DNA from: an uncultured bacterium
GTDB lineage: Bacteria > Krumholzibacteriota > Krumholzibacteriia > JACNKJ01
Assembly: GCA_963695095.1 (NCBI GenBank)
Contig: CAVOFT010000001.1
Location: forward strand, 448,001 to 512,000
Length of the DNA stretch: 64,000 nt
Direction of reading: 5' to 3'
Made by a program: the position numbers and the translations under genes. The notes beneath the pieces were generated by a model. The model had not been told where the DNA came from and did no database searches. It saw nothing but the letters and a program-made list of their open reading frames with translations. Every line of letters starts with the position of its first letter. Position 1 is the first letter of the stretch. Positions 48,055 to 57,855 of the stretch are shown piece by piece.

Positions 48055-50793
48055 ATGCATCGCCTTGCCGTCCTGCTCGCCCTGCTCAGCTTCAGCCTCC
48101 CGGCCGCGCCTGCCGCCGCCGCGCCGCCGCCCGCGGCCACCGAGTGGAGCGTCGAGGCGCTGATCGCCCAGACGGCGGCCGCTGAGTTCTCCGTCTCGCC
48201 GGATGGGCGGCTGGTCGCCTGGGCCCAGCGCGACCTGGTCGACGAGGGGCGCCGCTATCGCTGGCAGCTCTGGCTCGGCGAGCTGGTCGACGGCGGCGAG
48301 CCCGCTTCGCCCCGCCAGCTCACGCGCGGCGAGAGCGATTGCCGCCGTCCGCGCTGGTCGCCGGATGGCCGCCAGCTCGCCTTCCTCGCCGACCGCGCTG
48401 CGCCGGATGCGGGCGAGGACGATGAGGACGCCGAACCCGAAGCGCAGATCTGGCTGCTGCCGCTCGCGGGCGGCGAAGCCGCGGCGGCCAGCGCGCACGC
48501 GGGCGGTGTGGCGGACTTCGCCTGGATCGGCGACGAAACGCTGCTCTACCTGGCCGGCGAGGGCAAGACCCAGCGCGAGCTGCGTCTCGAGGAAGCCAAG
48601 GACGAGACCGTGGTCGTGGGAGACGAAGCGCATGTGCCGCCGGCGCGGCTCTTCACGCTCCAGCTCGGCGAGAGGCCGCGCCGCCTGACCGCGAACACCG
48701 AGCCCATCCTCGACTTCCAGGCCAGCCCGGACGGCCGCCGCGCCGTCGCCCGTCTCAGCCGCAGCCTCCACGACGACTACGACGCCCGCACGCCGCCGGC
48801 CGTGATGCTCGTCGATCTCGCGAGCGGCGGCTTCAGCGAAATCCTCCCGGCCGCGCTGCGCGCGCACGACTTCACCTGGGAGCTGGACAGCAGGGGCTTC
48901 TTCTTCCTGCAGCCGGTGTCGACCGACTCGCTCTCGCTCTATGTCAGCCAGGACGAGCTGGGCTATCGCGGGCTCAAGGAGAAGGACTGGCGACCCCTGT
49001 CCCTCGACTGGGAGCGCGGCCTCGACGGCCCTGTCTTCGCGACGGCCAAGGGGGCCCTCGTCAGCCTGGCCGACGGCCTGGGCAACCGCCTGCTCCTGCT
49101 CGAGCGCAAGGGCGAGGGCTGGACCCTGGCCGAACTGCCCCGCCGCGCCCGCGGCCTCGACCGGCCCCTGGCGACGAGCCCCGACGGCAAGCTGCTGCTG
49201 CTCGCCGAGCAACTCGCCACGCGGCCGGATCGTTACCTCGCCTGGCGCCTGGACGGCAAGATGCCGCCCGCACTCGGCGAGCGCCGCGAGTTCCTGCGCC
49301 TGAACGCAGAACTGGCTGCCCTGCCCGCGCCGCGCTGCGAGCCCTTCAGCTGGCTGGGCGCCGAGGGCGACAGCGTCGAGGGCCTGCTCTACTATCCGCT
49401 CGGCTACCTCGCCGGCCGCGACGGCCCGCGCCCCCTCGTCATGATGCCCCACGGCGGCCCGGCGGACGCCGATCGCGACCGCTTCGACGAGGGCTGGTAC
49501 GGCTCGGCCATTCAACTCGCCGCGCGCGGCGCCTTCGTGCTCAAGCCCAACTACCACGGCAGCAGCGCTTACGGCCTCGACTGGCTGGAGTCGATCAAGG
49601 GCCGCTACTACGAGCTGGAAGTGCCGGACCTCATCGCCGGCGTGGACGCGCTCGTCGCGGCCGGGCTGGCCGATGCCTCGCGCCTGGCGCTCTACGGCTG
49701 GAGCAACGGGGCCATCCTCGGCATTGCCGCCGCCATCGAAGGCGAGGGTCGCTTCCGCGCGCTCGTCGCCGGCGCCGGCGACGTCAACTGGACCAGCGAC
49801 TACGGCAACTGCGCCTTCGGCGCCGCCTTCGACGATGCCTACTTCGGCGGCCCGCCCTGGGAGCTGCCGGAGGTCTACCTCGCCAAGAGCCCGCTCTTTC
49901 GCCTCGACCGCCTGCGCACGCCCACCCTGGTGGCCATCGGGGACGAGGACGTGAACGTGCCCACGGAGCAGGGCTACCAGCTCTACCGCGCGCTGCAGCA
50001 GAGCGGGGCCGCGCCGGTGCGCTTCCTGCTCTTTCCCGGGGAGGATCACGGCCTGGGCCGCCCGGCCTCGCGGCGGCGCTTCCTGGCCGAATCCCTGGCC
50101 TGGCTGGACCGCTGGCTCTTCGACCTGGCCCCGCCCGCCGAGGCGCACTATCGGCCCGATTCTCCGCTGGCGCGCGCCTTCGCGCTGGCCGATGTGGCCA
50201 GCAGTGAAGGCTACTTCGGCGAACTGCAGGGAGAAATCCTCGTGCCCGAGCTCGTTGCCGTGGGCGAACTGCTCGTCGGCCGCTTCGAGGTGACGCGCGC
50301 GCAGTGGGCGGCCTATCGGGGCCAGGAGCGGCCGGCCGACCGCCGCGGGGGCAATCTGCCCGTCGCGGGCATCACGGCCGACGAAGCGCGCGACTACTGC
50401 CGCTGGCTCGGCAAGCGCCTGAGCCTGGACTGCCGCTTGCCCAGCGAGGAGGAGTGGGAGGCCCTCGCCGAGCACGCGAGCGAGGCCGAGAACACCTTGG
50501 CCTGGTGGGCGGGGGCTCCCCTGGGCCGTGAGGACGCGGTCGCCCTGGCTGCCACCGTCGAGCTGCTGGCCGTCAACCGCGATCTGCTCGAGCCCGTGGG
50601 CTCCTTCGCGCCCGCCGGCGCGAGCGGTCTCTATGACCTGGGCGGAAACGTCGCCGAGTGGGTGCGCGCGGGCGCCAAGAGCCAAGCTCGCGGACTCTGC
50701 GCCGCCACCGCGCCGGATCCACTCGGCGGCGAGCCGGCGCCGCCGGCCGACTACATCGGCCTGCGCGTCGTGGCCGCGCGGAGCAAACCCTGA
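48055..50793 (+). CDS. Secreted S9 peptidase with C-terminal FGE-sulfatase (SUMF1)-like domain
   Basis: Signal peptide, PHGGP, GWSNG, D.NVP, GEDH; then FEVTRAQW, RLPSEEEWE, GLYDLGGNVAEW, IGLRVV. Confidence 0.85.
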   Translation: MHRLAVLLALLSFSLPAAPAAAAPPPAATEWSVEALIAQTAAAEFSVSPDGRLVAWAQRDLVDEGRRYRWQLWLGELVDGGEPASPRQLTRGESDCRRPRWSPDGRQLAFLADRAAPDAGEDDEDAEPEAQIWLLPLAGGEAAAASAHAGGVADFAWIGDETLLYLAGEGKTQRELRLEEAKDETVVVGDEAHVPPARLFTLQLGERPRRLTANTEPILDFQASPDGRRAVARLSRSLHDDYDARTPPAVMLVDLASGGFSEILPAALRAHDFTWELDSRGFFFLQPVSTDSLSLYVSQDELGYRGLKEKDWRPLSLDWERGLDGPVFATAKGALVSLADGLGNRLLLLERKGEGWTLAELPRRARGLDRPLATSPDGKLLLLAEQLATRPDRYLAWRLDGKMPPALGERREFLRLNAELAALPAPRCEPFSWLGAEGDSVEGLLYYPLGYLAGRDGPRPLVMMPHGGPADADRDRFDEGWYGSAIQLAARGAFVLKPNYHGSSAYGLDWLESIKGRYYELEVPDLIAGVDALVAAGLADASRLALYGWSNGAILGIAAAIEGEGRFRALVAGAGDVNWTSDYGNCAFGAAFDDAYFGGPPWELPEVYLAKSPLFRLDRLRTPTLVAIGDEDVNVPTEQGYQLYRALQQSGAAPVRFLLFPGEDHGLGRPASRRRFLAESLAWLDRWLFDLAPPAEAHYRPDSPLARAFALADVASSEGYFGELQGEILVPELVAVGELLVGRFEVTRAQWAAYRGQERPADRRGGNLPVAGITADEARDYCRWLGKRLSLDCRLPSEEEWEALAEHASEAENTLAWWAGAPLGREDAVALAATVELLAVNRDLLEPVGSFAPAGASGLYDLGGNVAEWVRAGAKSQARGLCAATAPDPLGGEPAPPADYIGLRVVAARSKP

Positions 50794-50839
50794 GGAGGTG
50801 CCGCAATCGCCGACGAGCAGTTCCCGCGCCCGGGCGCCG

Positions 50840-51565
50840 GTGCCTGACACCCCGCAGCCGGACCTGCGCCGCTGCGCCCGCATCGCCTTCTTCACGGGGG
50901 CCGGGCTGAGCGCCGAGAGCGGCATTGCCACCTACCGGGGCGCGGGGGGGGGGTGGCAGCGCTATCGCTACGAGGACTACGCCTGCCAGCGCGCCTTCCG
51001 GCGCGACCCGGCGCGGGTCTGGGAGTTCCACGACGCCCGCCGCGCGGACGTGGCGGCGGCCGCACCGAACGCCGCGCACCGGCTGATCGCGGCGATCCAG
51101 GCCGAGCGGCCCGCCACGGCCATCGTCACGCAGAACATCGATGGCCTGCACCAGGCGGCCGGCGCCACGGTGGTGATCGAGCTGCATGGGAGCCTCTGGC
51201 GCCTGCGCTGCGAGGTCTGCGGCGCGCGCTGCGAGAGCCGGGAGACGCCGCTGGCTAACAAGCGCTGCGCCTGCGGCGCCTGGTGGCGGCCGGACCTGGT
51301 CTGGTTCGAGGATCCGCTCGACGGCGGGCTGTTCGCGGAGGCCGCCGCGCGCATCGCGGCCTGTGACTGCCTGGTCGCCATCGGCACCTCGGCCCTCGTC
51401 TATCCGGCGGCGGAGCTGCCGCTGCTGGCCATGCGCGCGGGAGCGCTCACGATCGAGGTGAATCCCGAGGAGACGCCCCTCTCCGCCCACTACGACCACC
51501 GCCTGCGCGGCAGCGCGAGTGCCATGCTCGCCGCGCTCTGGCCAGGCGGCGAGGCGGGCGCGTGA
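50840..51565 (+). CDS. cobB: NAD-dependent deacylase (sirtuin); start uncertain (50798 or 50840)
   Basis: TGAGLSAESGI, TQNIDGLH, ELHGS, CEVC..CAC, RPDLVWFE, IGTSALVYPAA. Confidence 0.9.
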   Translation: MPDTPQPDLRRCARIAFFTGAGLSAESGIATYRGAGGGWQRYRYEDYACQRAFRRDPARVWEFHDARRADVAAAAPNAAHRLIAAIQAERPATAIVTQNIDGLHQAAGATVVIELHGSLWRLRCEVCGARCESRETPLANKRCACGAWWRPDLVWFEDPLDGGLFAEAAARIAACDCLVAIGTSALVYPAAELPLLAMRAGALTIEVNPEETPLSAHYDHRLRGSASAMLAALWPGGEAGA

Positions 51566-52323
51566 GCGCGGAGACGAGCGAGCGCAGCGTCGTCGTTGCC
51601 GGCCGGGCGCAGCCCTACCTGCTCATTCGCCGGCGCGGGCGGCGCCGACTGACGCTCAGCGTGGAGCCGCGGCGCGGGCTCGTCGTGCTGGCGCCGCCGC
51701 GCCTGGCCCTGCGCGACATCGAGGCCTTCATCGTCAAGGAAGCCGACTGGTGGGGCGAGCGCCTCGCCGAGCTGGCCGCCTGGGAGGCCGCGCACCCGCC
51801 GCGCGCCTTCACGAGCGGGGAGCGACTGCCCCTGCTCGGCGAGGCCTGGACCCTGCAGGTGAGCGAGGAGCCGGGGCGGCAGCGCCCGCGCGTGACCCGG
51901 GAGGCCGGTGACGGGGGTCCGGGCACCATCCAGCTCCTGCTGCCGGCCGGTCTCGGGCCGGCGGCGCGGCGCGAGCTGGCCGCCCTCAGCCTCGAGCGCT
52001 GGTATCGCCGCCTGGCGGGCGAGCTGATCGCCGCGCGCGCCGCGCACTGGGGGGCGGACCTGGGCGTCGCGCCCGCGGCGATCAGCATTCGCGACACGCG
52101 CAGCCGCTGGGGAAGCTGCTCGAGCACGGGTCGGCTCTCCTTCAACTGGAAGCTCACGATGGCGCCGCCCGCGGTGCTCGACTACCTGGTCGTCCACGAA
52201 CTCTGCCACCTCGTGCACGCCGACCACTCGGAGCGCTTCTGGGCCTTGGTCGCCAGCCGCCTGCCCGACCACGAGCGCGCGCGGCGCTGGCTGCGGCGGC
52301 GGGGACGCGAGCTCTACCTGTAG
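51562..52323 (+). CDS. YgjP/DUF45 (SprT/M48-like) metal-dependent hydrolase
   Basis: SRWGSCS, LSFNWKL, DYLVVHELCHLVH.DHS..FW. Confidence 0.9.
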   Translation: MSAETSERSVVVAGRAQPYLLIRRRGRRRLTLSVEPRRGLVVLAPPRLALRDIEAFIVKEADWWGERLAELAAWEAAHPPRAFTSGERLPLLGEAWTLQVSEEPGRQRPRVTREAGDGGPGTIQLLLPAGLGPAARRELAALSLERWYRRLAGELIAARAAHWGADLGVAPAAISIRDTRSRWGSCSSTGRLSFNWKLTMAPPAVLDYLVVHELCHLVHADHSERFWALVASRLPDHERARRWLRRRGRELYL

Positions 52324-52332
52324 CTCGGGCAC

Positions 52333-53400
52333 TCAGCGCGCCGCTGCCACCCGCTCCATCCAGTCCGAGTAGTCGGCCAGCCAGTCGCCGTAGCCGGGCT
52401 CGAGGCTGGCGCTCGCGAACTCCTCGAGCACGAGCGGCGACAGCCAGGCGAAGACGAGGCGCCAGCGGTCGGGCTTGCCGCCATCCGGCAAGAGGAGCAG
52501 GCGCAGGATCGCCGGATCGCCGAGCGAACAGGTCGGCGGCGCTTCGTTCGCCCCCGGGGGCGGGCCGGGTGGCGGAGGCGCATCCCCGCGCTGGAAGCGG
52601 CATTCGCGCCAGGCCGCCTGCTGATGGGCGAGGCTCGCCAGCAGGCTGCTCAGGCCCTTGCGCACGAAGCGCCGCTTGAGCCAGCCCAGCTCGCGCAGCT
52701 GGGGCTCGCTCATGAAGAGGCTGTCGAGGAAGGCCTCGCGCGCGGCGCGCCCTGCCCAGGGGTCGGCATCGAGCGCGAGCGCTCCCGGGATGACCGGGCA
52801 GGTCCCGGCGCCGGGAGCGGCCTCGCGCCGCCAGGGATCGCAACGCGGGTCGGTCCAGGCAATCGCCGTGGGCAGGGAGAGCAGCAGCAGGGGCGCCAGG
52901 CGCGGATCCGCGTCGAGGCGGCCCTGGTGCGCGAGGCGCAGGGGTTGCAAGCCCGGCGGCAGATGCAGGGGGATGGCCAGCAGGCTGTCCACGCGCACGA
53001 TCGCAAGCTGATCGGCGCGCGTAGCCTCCGGCAGCAGCACTTCGGGAGCGGCGGCGAAGGCAGAGTGCAGCGACTTGTAGCCGGCCGCGCCGGCGCTCGC
53101 GCTCCCTGCCAGCCAGCGGGCCAGCGGCTCTGGATAGGCCAGCGCCGAATCGGCCGCCCGCGCCAGGAGCAGTGCGCCGCGCTCGCCGTCGAAGAGGGCG
53201 GCGAAGCCGGCCGCGTCGGCGTTCGCCAGGCCGGCGGCGAACTCCTCCAGCAGGCGCTCGAGGCGCTTGCGCTCGCCGCCACCCAGATGGCGCAGGTCCT
53301 CGCGCAGCTCGAGGACGAGAGGCCCGGCTCCCGCAGAGGGCGGGAGCCAGGCCAGGATGGCGACGAGAAGCGCCGCCGCACTGCGCAGACGGAGCCCCAC
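52333..53400 (-). CDS. Hypothetical exported protein
   Basis: GTG start coupled to upstream TAG; signal-like N-terminus; fills the gap between genes. Confidence 0.55.
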   Translation of the reverse strand: MGLRLRSAAALLVAILAWLPPSAGAGPLVLELREDLRHLGGGERKRLERLLEEFAAGLANADAAGFAALFDGERGALLLARAADSALAYPEPLARWLAGSASAGAAGYKSLHSAFAAAPEVLLPEATRADQLAIVRVDSLLAIPLHLPPGLQPLRLAHQGRLDADPRLAPLLLLSLPTAIAWTDPRCDPWRREAAPGAGTCPVIPGALALDADPWAGRAAREAFLDSLFMSEPQLRELGWLKRRFVRKGLSSLLASLAHQQAAWRECRFQRGDAPPPPGPPPGANEAPPTCSLGDPAILRLLLLPDGGKPDRWRLVFAWLSPLVLEEFASASLEPGYGDWLADYSDWMERVAAAR

Positions 53401-53900
53401 TAGCAGGGTTCCCAGGTCGCCTGCCAGCCCGCCCACCACATCACGGTGAGCTGGCCGCAGAAGCCGTCGCCGTAGAGCTGGAAGTGCAGCCCGAAGGCAT
53501 CGATGGTGAACTTGACGTGGTCCTTGATCCACTTCCAGAGGCCGCGCTCGCCGCTGAGCGCCTGGGCGAGCTCGGGCTCGTCCCAGAGGGGCAGCTCGGG
53601 GTTGGCCTGGCGCACCAGGGTGAGAATCTCCAGCACGCTGCGCGTGGCGCCATCCGGGCAGCGGATGGCCGCGGCAGTGGGCTTGATGTCGCCCGGCGGG
53701 CTGCTCTGCGTCGGCAGCTCGAGTGCCGAGTCGTCCGTGCGGCCGGACGCCGCGCCCACCTCGCCATAGAGCGCCTTGACGGCGCTCAGGCTGGCGGTCT
53801 CGGTGGACGCGTGGGCAGCGGCGTGCCAGACCGTGGCTTCGATCGACAGCGGCAGGGTGACAGTGAACAAGAGCCAGATTGCGTAGTTGATCCACTTCAT
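53400..53900 (-). CDS. Hypothetical exported protein
   Basis: GGAG RBS, hydrophobic N-terminus, non-shadow composition. Confidence 0.6.
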   Translation of the reverse strand: MKWINYAIWLLFTVTLPLSIEATVWHAAAHASTETASLSAVKALYGEVGAASGRTDDSALELPTQSSPPGDIKPTAAAIRCPDGATRSVLEILTLVRQANPELPLWDEPELAQALSGERGLWKWIKDHVKFTIDAFGLHFQLYGDGFCGQLTVMWWAGWQATWEPC

Positions 53901-54128
53901 GGCGATTGTCTCCCGTGAAGCAAACCCCTGGGAGAAGGCAAGGCGGCCCTCGCAGCGAACGTGCCGCGGCGCCGTGCCCGCGCAGCCGGGCCGGAGACAG
54001 CGAGTTGGAGTGGAGGATCGGGCGCGGGCTCGCGCAGGAGCGAAGCCGCGGTGGCCAGCCGCGCGTCCGCTTGTCCATGGCGTTGACGGGCGCCGGTAGC
54101 GCGTTCAGGCGCGCGCCGGCAGTGCGAC

Positions 54129-55070
54129 CTAGATGAGGGCGGGCAGGAGGCCCGGCAGCACCTCGAAGTCGGCGGCCAGCATGCGCTCGCTGAGCAGCTC
54201 GCCGTCGGCGTGGCCGGCGAAGGGCGTCTCGCTGCGCACACCCAGGCGCGTGAAGCGGCGGCTTTCCACACCCGGCAAGCCGAGATGCGTGCCCTTGATC
54301 CCGCGCGGGAGGAGGCGCAGCACTTCCAGGCGGCTGCGGGCATCGACGGCGCAGGCGTCGAGGCGGCCGTCGAAGGGATTGGCGAGGGGATTGAGCTTGA
54401 AGCCGCCGCCCGAGCAGCTGCCGTTGCCCACGCTGAGCAGGAGCAGGGGCCGCGGCGGGGACTCGACGCCGTCCCAAGTCAGCGCGAGCCGCGGCGCGCC
54501 GAGCCGGGCGAGCACGCGCAGGAGGGCGAGCAGGTAGAGCGGCTTGCCGCGCAGAGGCAGGCGCAGGCGGTTCGCCGCCCAGCCCACCTGGCCCTCGAAG
54601 CCCAGCCCCACGTTGTTGACGAAGAGGCGCTCCTGCTCCGCCGGGTTACCCGCCTCGCGCCAGCGCAGGCGGCCGAGGTCCAGGGCCCGCGGCTGACCCA
54701 CGCAGAGGCGACGGCAGGCGGCCGCGAAGTCCATGGGCAGGCGCAGGCCCCGGATGAGATCGTTCCCCGTGCCCGCGGGCAGGATACCGAGTGCGGCCAG
54801 CGGACGCGTATCGGTGGGTGTGCGCGCGAGGCGCAGCTCGGCGAGGCCGCCGGCCACCTCCTGGACCGTGCCGTCGCCGCCGAGGGCCACGATCACCGAG
54901 TAGCGAGGCGCCTCCTCGCGGGCCACGCGCCGGGCGTCGCCGGGGGCGCGCGTGACGAAGGTCTCGTAGGCCAGCCCGCCGGCGTCGAGCAGGCGCTCCG
55001 CCAGGCGGCGGCGGCGGGCGCCCAGTCCACGGCCGGCCACGGGGTTGACGATGAGCAGGTGAGTCAGCAC
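54129..55070 (-). CDS. Diacylglycerol kinase family lipid kinase (YegS/DagK-like)
   Basis: IVNPVAG, GGDGTVQEV, LPAGTGNDL, GNG..SGGG, HADGE. Confidence 0.92.
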   Translation of the reverse strand: MLTHLLIVNPVAGRGLGARRRRLAERLLDAGGLAYETFVTRAPGDARRVAREEAPRYSVIVALGGDGTVQEVAGGLAELRLARTPTDTRPLAALGILPAGTGNDLIRGLRLPMDFAAACRRLCVGQPRALDLGRLRWREAGNPAEQERLFVNNVGLGFEGQVGWAANRLRLPLRGKPLYLLALLRVLARLGAPRLALTWDGVESPPRPLLLLSVGNGSCSGGGFKLNPLANPFDGRLDACAVDARSRLEVLRLLPRGIKGTHLGLPGVESRRFTRLGVRSETPFAGHADGELLSERMLAADFEVLPGLLPALI

Positions 55071-55209
55071 GCCGCCACGCTAGCACGGTGGCCGGGAGCC
55101 CCTCCAGCGGGATCTGGCAAGGCTCTTGCGTGCCTGACCCAGGGGGGTGAGCCCCGCGGCGTCTACGCGGCGCATCCTTCCCCAGGACTCCGCATCGGGA
55201 GGCAACGCA

Positions 55210-55734
55210 ATGGAATGTCCGGCCTGCCACAAGGCGCTCAGCGAGATCCAAGCCGGGGGATTGCGAGTAGATGTCTGCCGTGATGGCTGCGGCGGCATCT
55301 GGTTCGACTGGTTCGAGCTGAGCAAGGTGGATGAGCCGAGCGAGCAAGTGGGGGACGCCCTGCTGGCGCTGGGTCCGAGCGCCGTGACGAGGTCGGGGTC
55401 GGCCCAGCGGCACTGCCCGCGCTGCGCGGGGCAGTCCATGCAGCGGCACTACTTCAGCGTCAAGCGGCAGGTGCAGGTGGACGAGTGTCCGGCCTGTGGC
55501 GGCTTCTGGCTCGACGCCGGCGAACTGACGCGCATCCGCTCGCTCTTCGAGTCGGAGGAGTCGGCGCGCGAGGCCGCTCAGATTCTCTTTGCGGGCCTGG
55601 TGGAGGAGAATCTCGCCACCGAGCGCGGCGCCAGCCAGGAGCGCCTGCGCCGCGCGCGGCGCTTCGCGCACTTCTTCCGCTTCCTCTGCCCCAGCTACTG
55701 GATTCCCGGCAAGCAGGAGTGGGGCGCGCACTAG
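55210..55734 (+). CDS. Tandem zf-TFIIB zinc-finger protein
   Basis: CPAC..VDVC..CGGIWFD..EL and CPRC..VDECPACGGFWLDAGEL. Confidence 0.85.
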   Translation: MECPACHKALSEIQAGGLRVDVCRDGCGGIWFDWFELSKVDEPSEQVGDALLALGPSAVTRSGSAQRHCPRCAGQSMQRHYFSVKRQVQVDECPACGGFWLDAGELTRIRSLFESEESAREAAQILFAGLVEENLATERGASQERLRRARRFAHFFRFLCPSYWIPGKQEWGAH

Positions 55735-55830
55735 CTTTCGGTCCATGGCTCCTTGCAGGTGAGAGAGAGACGAGGGCGGTTCCGGAGGGAGCCGCCCTCT
55801 TTCCATGCGCGCCCGCGGCCAGGCAAGCGG

Positions 55831-55858
55831 TTGACGCGCGGACGCCCGGCGGTATCCT
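55831..55858 (+). promoter_or_regulatory. sigma70 promoter
   Basis: TTGACG-16-TATCCT upstream of the GAF gene. Confidence 0.5.
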
Positions 55859-55912
55859 GTGCCGGTGCCGCGGCGAGCCCGGGGCGCTCTCCCGCGTCGA
55901 GGTGATCGAGAC

Positions 55913-56377
55913 ATGGACACGCACGCCGCTCTGTTGATCGACATCGATCGCACCCTGGCCGCCTCCCGGGGCCGTGACGCGGCGCTGGCCGCCGTCTGCC
56001 GCCTCCTCGCCGCGCGCCAGGCCGGCTACGACTGGGTGGGCTTCTATCTCGTCGATCCGGCGAGCCCGCGCGAGCTCGTGCTCGGTCCCTTCGTCGGCGA
56101 GCCGACCGAGCACACGCGCATCCCCTTCGGCCGCGGCATCTGCGGCCAGGTGGCCGAGCGCGAGGAGACGATGCTCGTGGACGATGTGACGGCCGCGGAC
56201 AACTACCTCGCCTGCAGCCTCAGCGTGCGCTCGGAGATCGTGGTGCCCATCCTGGCGGGCGGCCGTTTCGTCGGCCAGCTCGATATCGATTCCCAGGCAC
56301 CGGCCCGCTTCGGCGCCGCCGATCGCGCGCTCTGCGAGGCGATCTGTGCGCGGCTGGCGCCGCTCTTTTCGACTTGA
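55913..56377 (+). CDS. GAF-domain protein (free Met-R-sulfoxide reductase MsrC-like)
   Basis: YDWVGFY, LVLGPFVG, IPFGRGICG, YLAC...SEIVVP, LDIDS. Confidence 0.85.
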   Translation: MDTHAALLIDIDRTLAASRGRDAALAAVCRLLAARQAGYDWVGFYLVDPASPRELVLGPFVGEPTEHTRIPFGRGICGQVAEREETMLVDDVTAADNYLACSLSVRSEIVVPILAGGRFVGQLDIDSQAPARFGAADRALCEAICARLAPLFST

Positions 56378-56401
56378 GATTGCAGTAGATCGGTTTTTCG
56401 C

Positions 56402-56430
56402 TGGACTCGTCCGAGCGCAATGCCTAAACT
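56402..56430 (+). promoter_or_regulatory. Possible sigma70 promoter for the leader/GNAT operon
   Basis: TGGACT-17-TAAACT. Confidence 0.4.
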
Positions 56431-56592
56431 ATTCGGCCATTGCACCCACGCGTCCGAACGCGGAATGACGCCGGGGCGGCCCCATCCGCCTCGACCGGAA
56501 GTGACGCCAAAGCTCCCGGTACCAGCCGACCGCCGCCGGGCAGACGCAGGCCGTCCACGCGGGCGCGTAGCCCGCCAGCTGAGGAGTGACCG

Positions 56593-56679
56593 ATGATCAA
56601 TATGAAGACCAACTCGGCGCTGGTCGCCTGCCCGCTCCTGGCTGTCGTCAGGGACATGGCCCGCGTCACTCGCCGCTAG
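56593..56679 (+). CDS. 28-aa small ORF (leader or precursor peptide) MINMKTNSALVACPLLAVVRDMARVTRR
   Basis: GAGGAG RBS 6 nt upstream of ATG; below the ORF-track length cutoff. Confidence 0.5.
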   Translation: MINMKTNSALVACPLLAVVRDMARVTRR

Positions 56680-56870
56680 GCGCCCCCGGCCCCCAAGGGC
56701 CGCTCCGGCGCCCGCGGCGCTGACACCCCAAGCCAGACCCCTCTCGCGGCCACGCGCTGCGCGACCCGCTCGCCGGGACCGCCGCCGCTTTCCCCAATTC
56801 CCGGCCCCGAGAGGCCGCAGGTACTCACCGGCTCGCGCTGCGCGAGCGGCTGCTTCTGGAGAAGAACAAA

Positions 56871-57854
56871 ATGGACGCAATTCGCGAATTCAGGCCCAGC
56901 GACTACCCGGGTCTCATCCTGCTGCGCAATGCCGTGGACCCGGACTCGCCGGTGAGCGAGGCCGAGCAGCTGCACTCGGACTCCACGCGCGACAGGGCGC
57001 TCTTCTTCCGGCGCTGGGTCTGGGAAGCGGGGGGCGCGCTGCTGGGCGCGGCGACGCTCAGCCACATGGACTGGATGTACCACCCGGACCGCTACTTCGG
57101 CTACGTGCAGGTGCTGCCCGCGGCCCGCGGGCGGGGCATCGGCAGCGCGCTCTACGCCGTGGTCGTCGCCGCGGCCCGGGCACGGGGTGCCGAGTCCCTG
57201 CGCACGCAGGTCAAGGAGAGCTGGCCCGAGGGCCTGCGCTTCCTCGCCGCGCGGGACTACGTCGCCGGCAACCGCGAGCTGGAGTCGAGCCTGGACCTGA
57301 CAGGCTTCGACCCGGGCCGCTTCACCGGCGCCCAGGCCGCGGCCGAGGCGACCGGGCTGCGGCTGCTCAACTACGCCGAGCTGGCGGACGACCCCGAGCG
57401 CGACCGGAAGCTCTGGGACTTCGACGCGCTCGTCGGTGCCGACATGCCGATGCCCGAGCCCTACACGGTGCCGCCCTTTGACGTCTTCCAGCGCAAGTAC
57501 CTGCGGCACCCGCTGTTCTACCCGGAGGGCTTTCTCGTCGCGGTGGCGGCAGACGGCCTCTACGTCGGCGTGAGCATGCTTCAGCTTTCCAATGCGCCCG
57601 GCCGCTTGATGACGGGCTTCACGGGCGTGCGCCGCGAGTGGCGTGGGAAGGGCGTGGCCACGGGCCTCAAGGTGACGGTGCTCAGCCGCGCCAAGGCGGC
57701 GGGCTACCGGGAGGTGCGCACCGGCAATGACTCGACGAACGACGGCATGCTCGGCATCAACCGGCGGCTGGGCTTCACGCCCCTGCCGGCCTGGGTGGAC
57801 CATGCGCTGGCACCCCTGCCCGCAGCGGCGGACGCGAAGCGCAAGGAGGCTTGA
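56871..57854 (+). CDS. Tandem double-domain GNAT acetyltransferase, paralog 1
   Basis: VLPAARGRGIG and TGVRREWRGKGVA..N..MLGINRRLGF. Confidence 0.88.
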   Translation: MDAIREFRPSDYPGLILLRNAVDPDSPVSEAEQLHSDSTRDRALFFRRWVWEAGGALLGAATLSHMDWMYHPDRYFGYVQVLPAARGRGIGSALYAVVVAAARARGAESLRTQVKESWPEGLRFLAARDYVAGNRELESSLDLTGFDPGRFTGAQAAAEATGLRLLNYAELADDPERDRKLWDFDALVGADMPMPEPYTVPPFDVFQRKYLRHPLFYPEGFLVAVAADGLYVGVSMLQLSNAPGRLMTGFTGVRREWRGKGVATGLKVTVLSRAKAAGYREVRTGNDSTNDGMLGINRRLGFTPLPAWVDHALAPLPAAADAKRKEA

Positions 57855-57855
57855 G

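Noticed and set aside
56460..56550. GACGCCAAAGCTCCCGG resembling a c-di-GMP-I riboswitch
   Set aside because: No GNRA tetraloop, receptor or clear P1; needs an Infernal search against RF01051 to settle.
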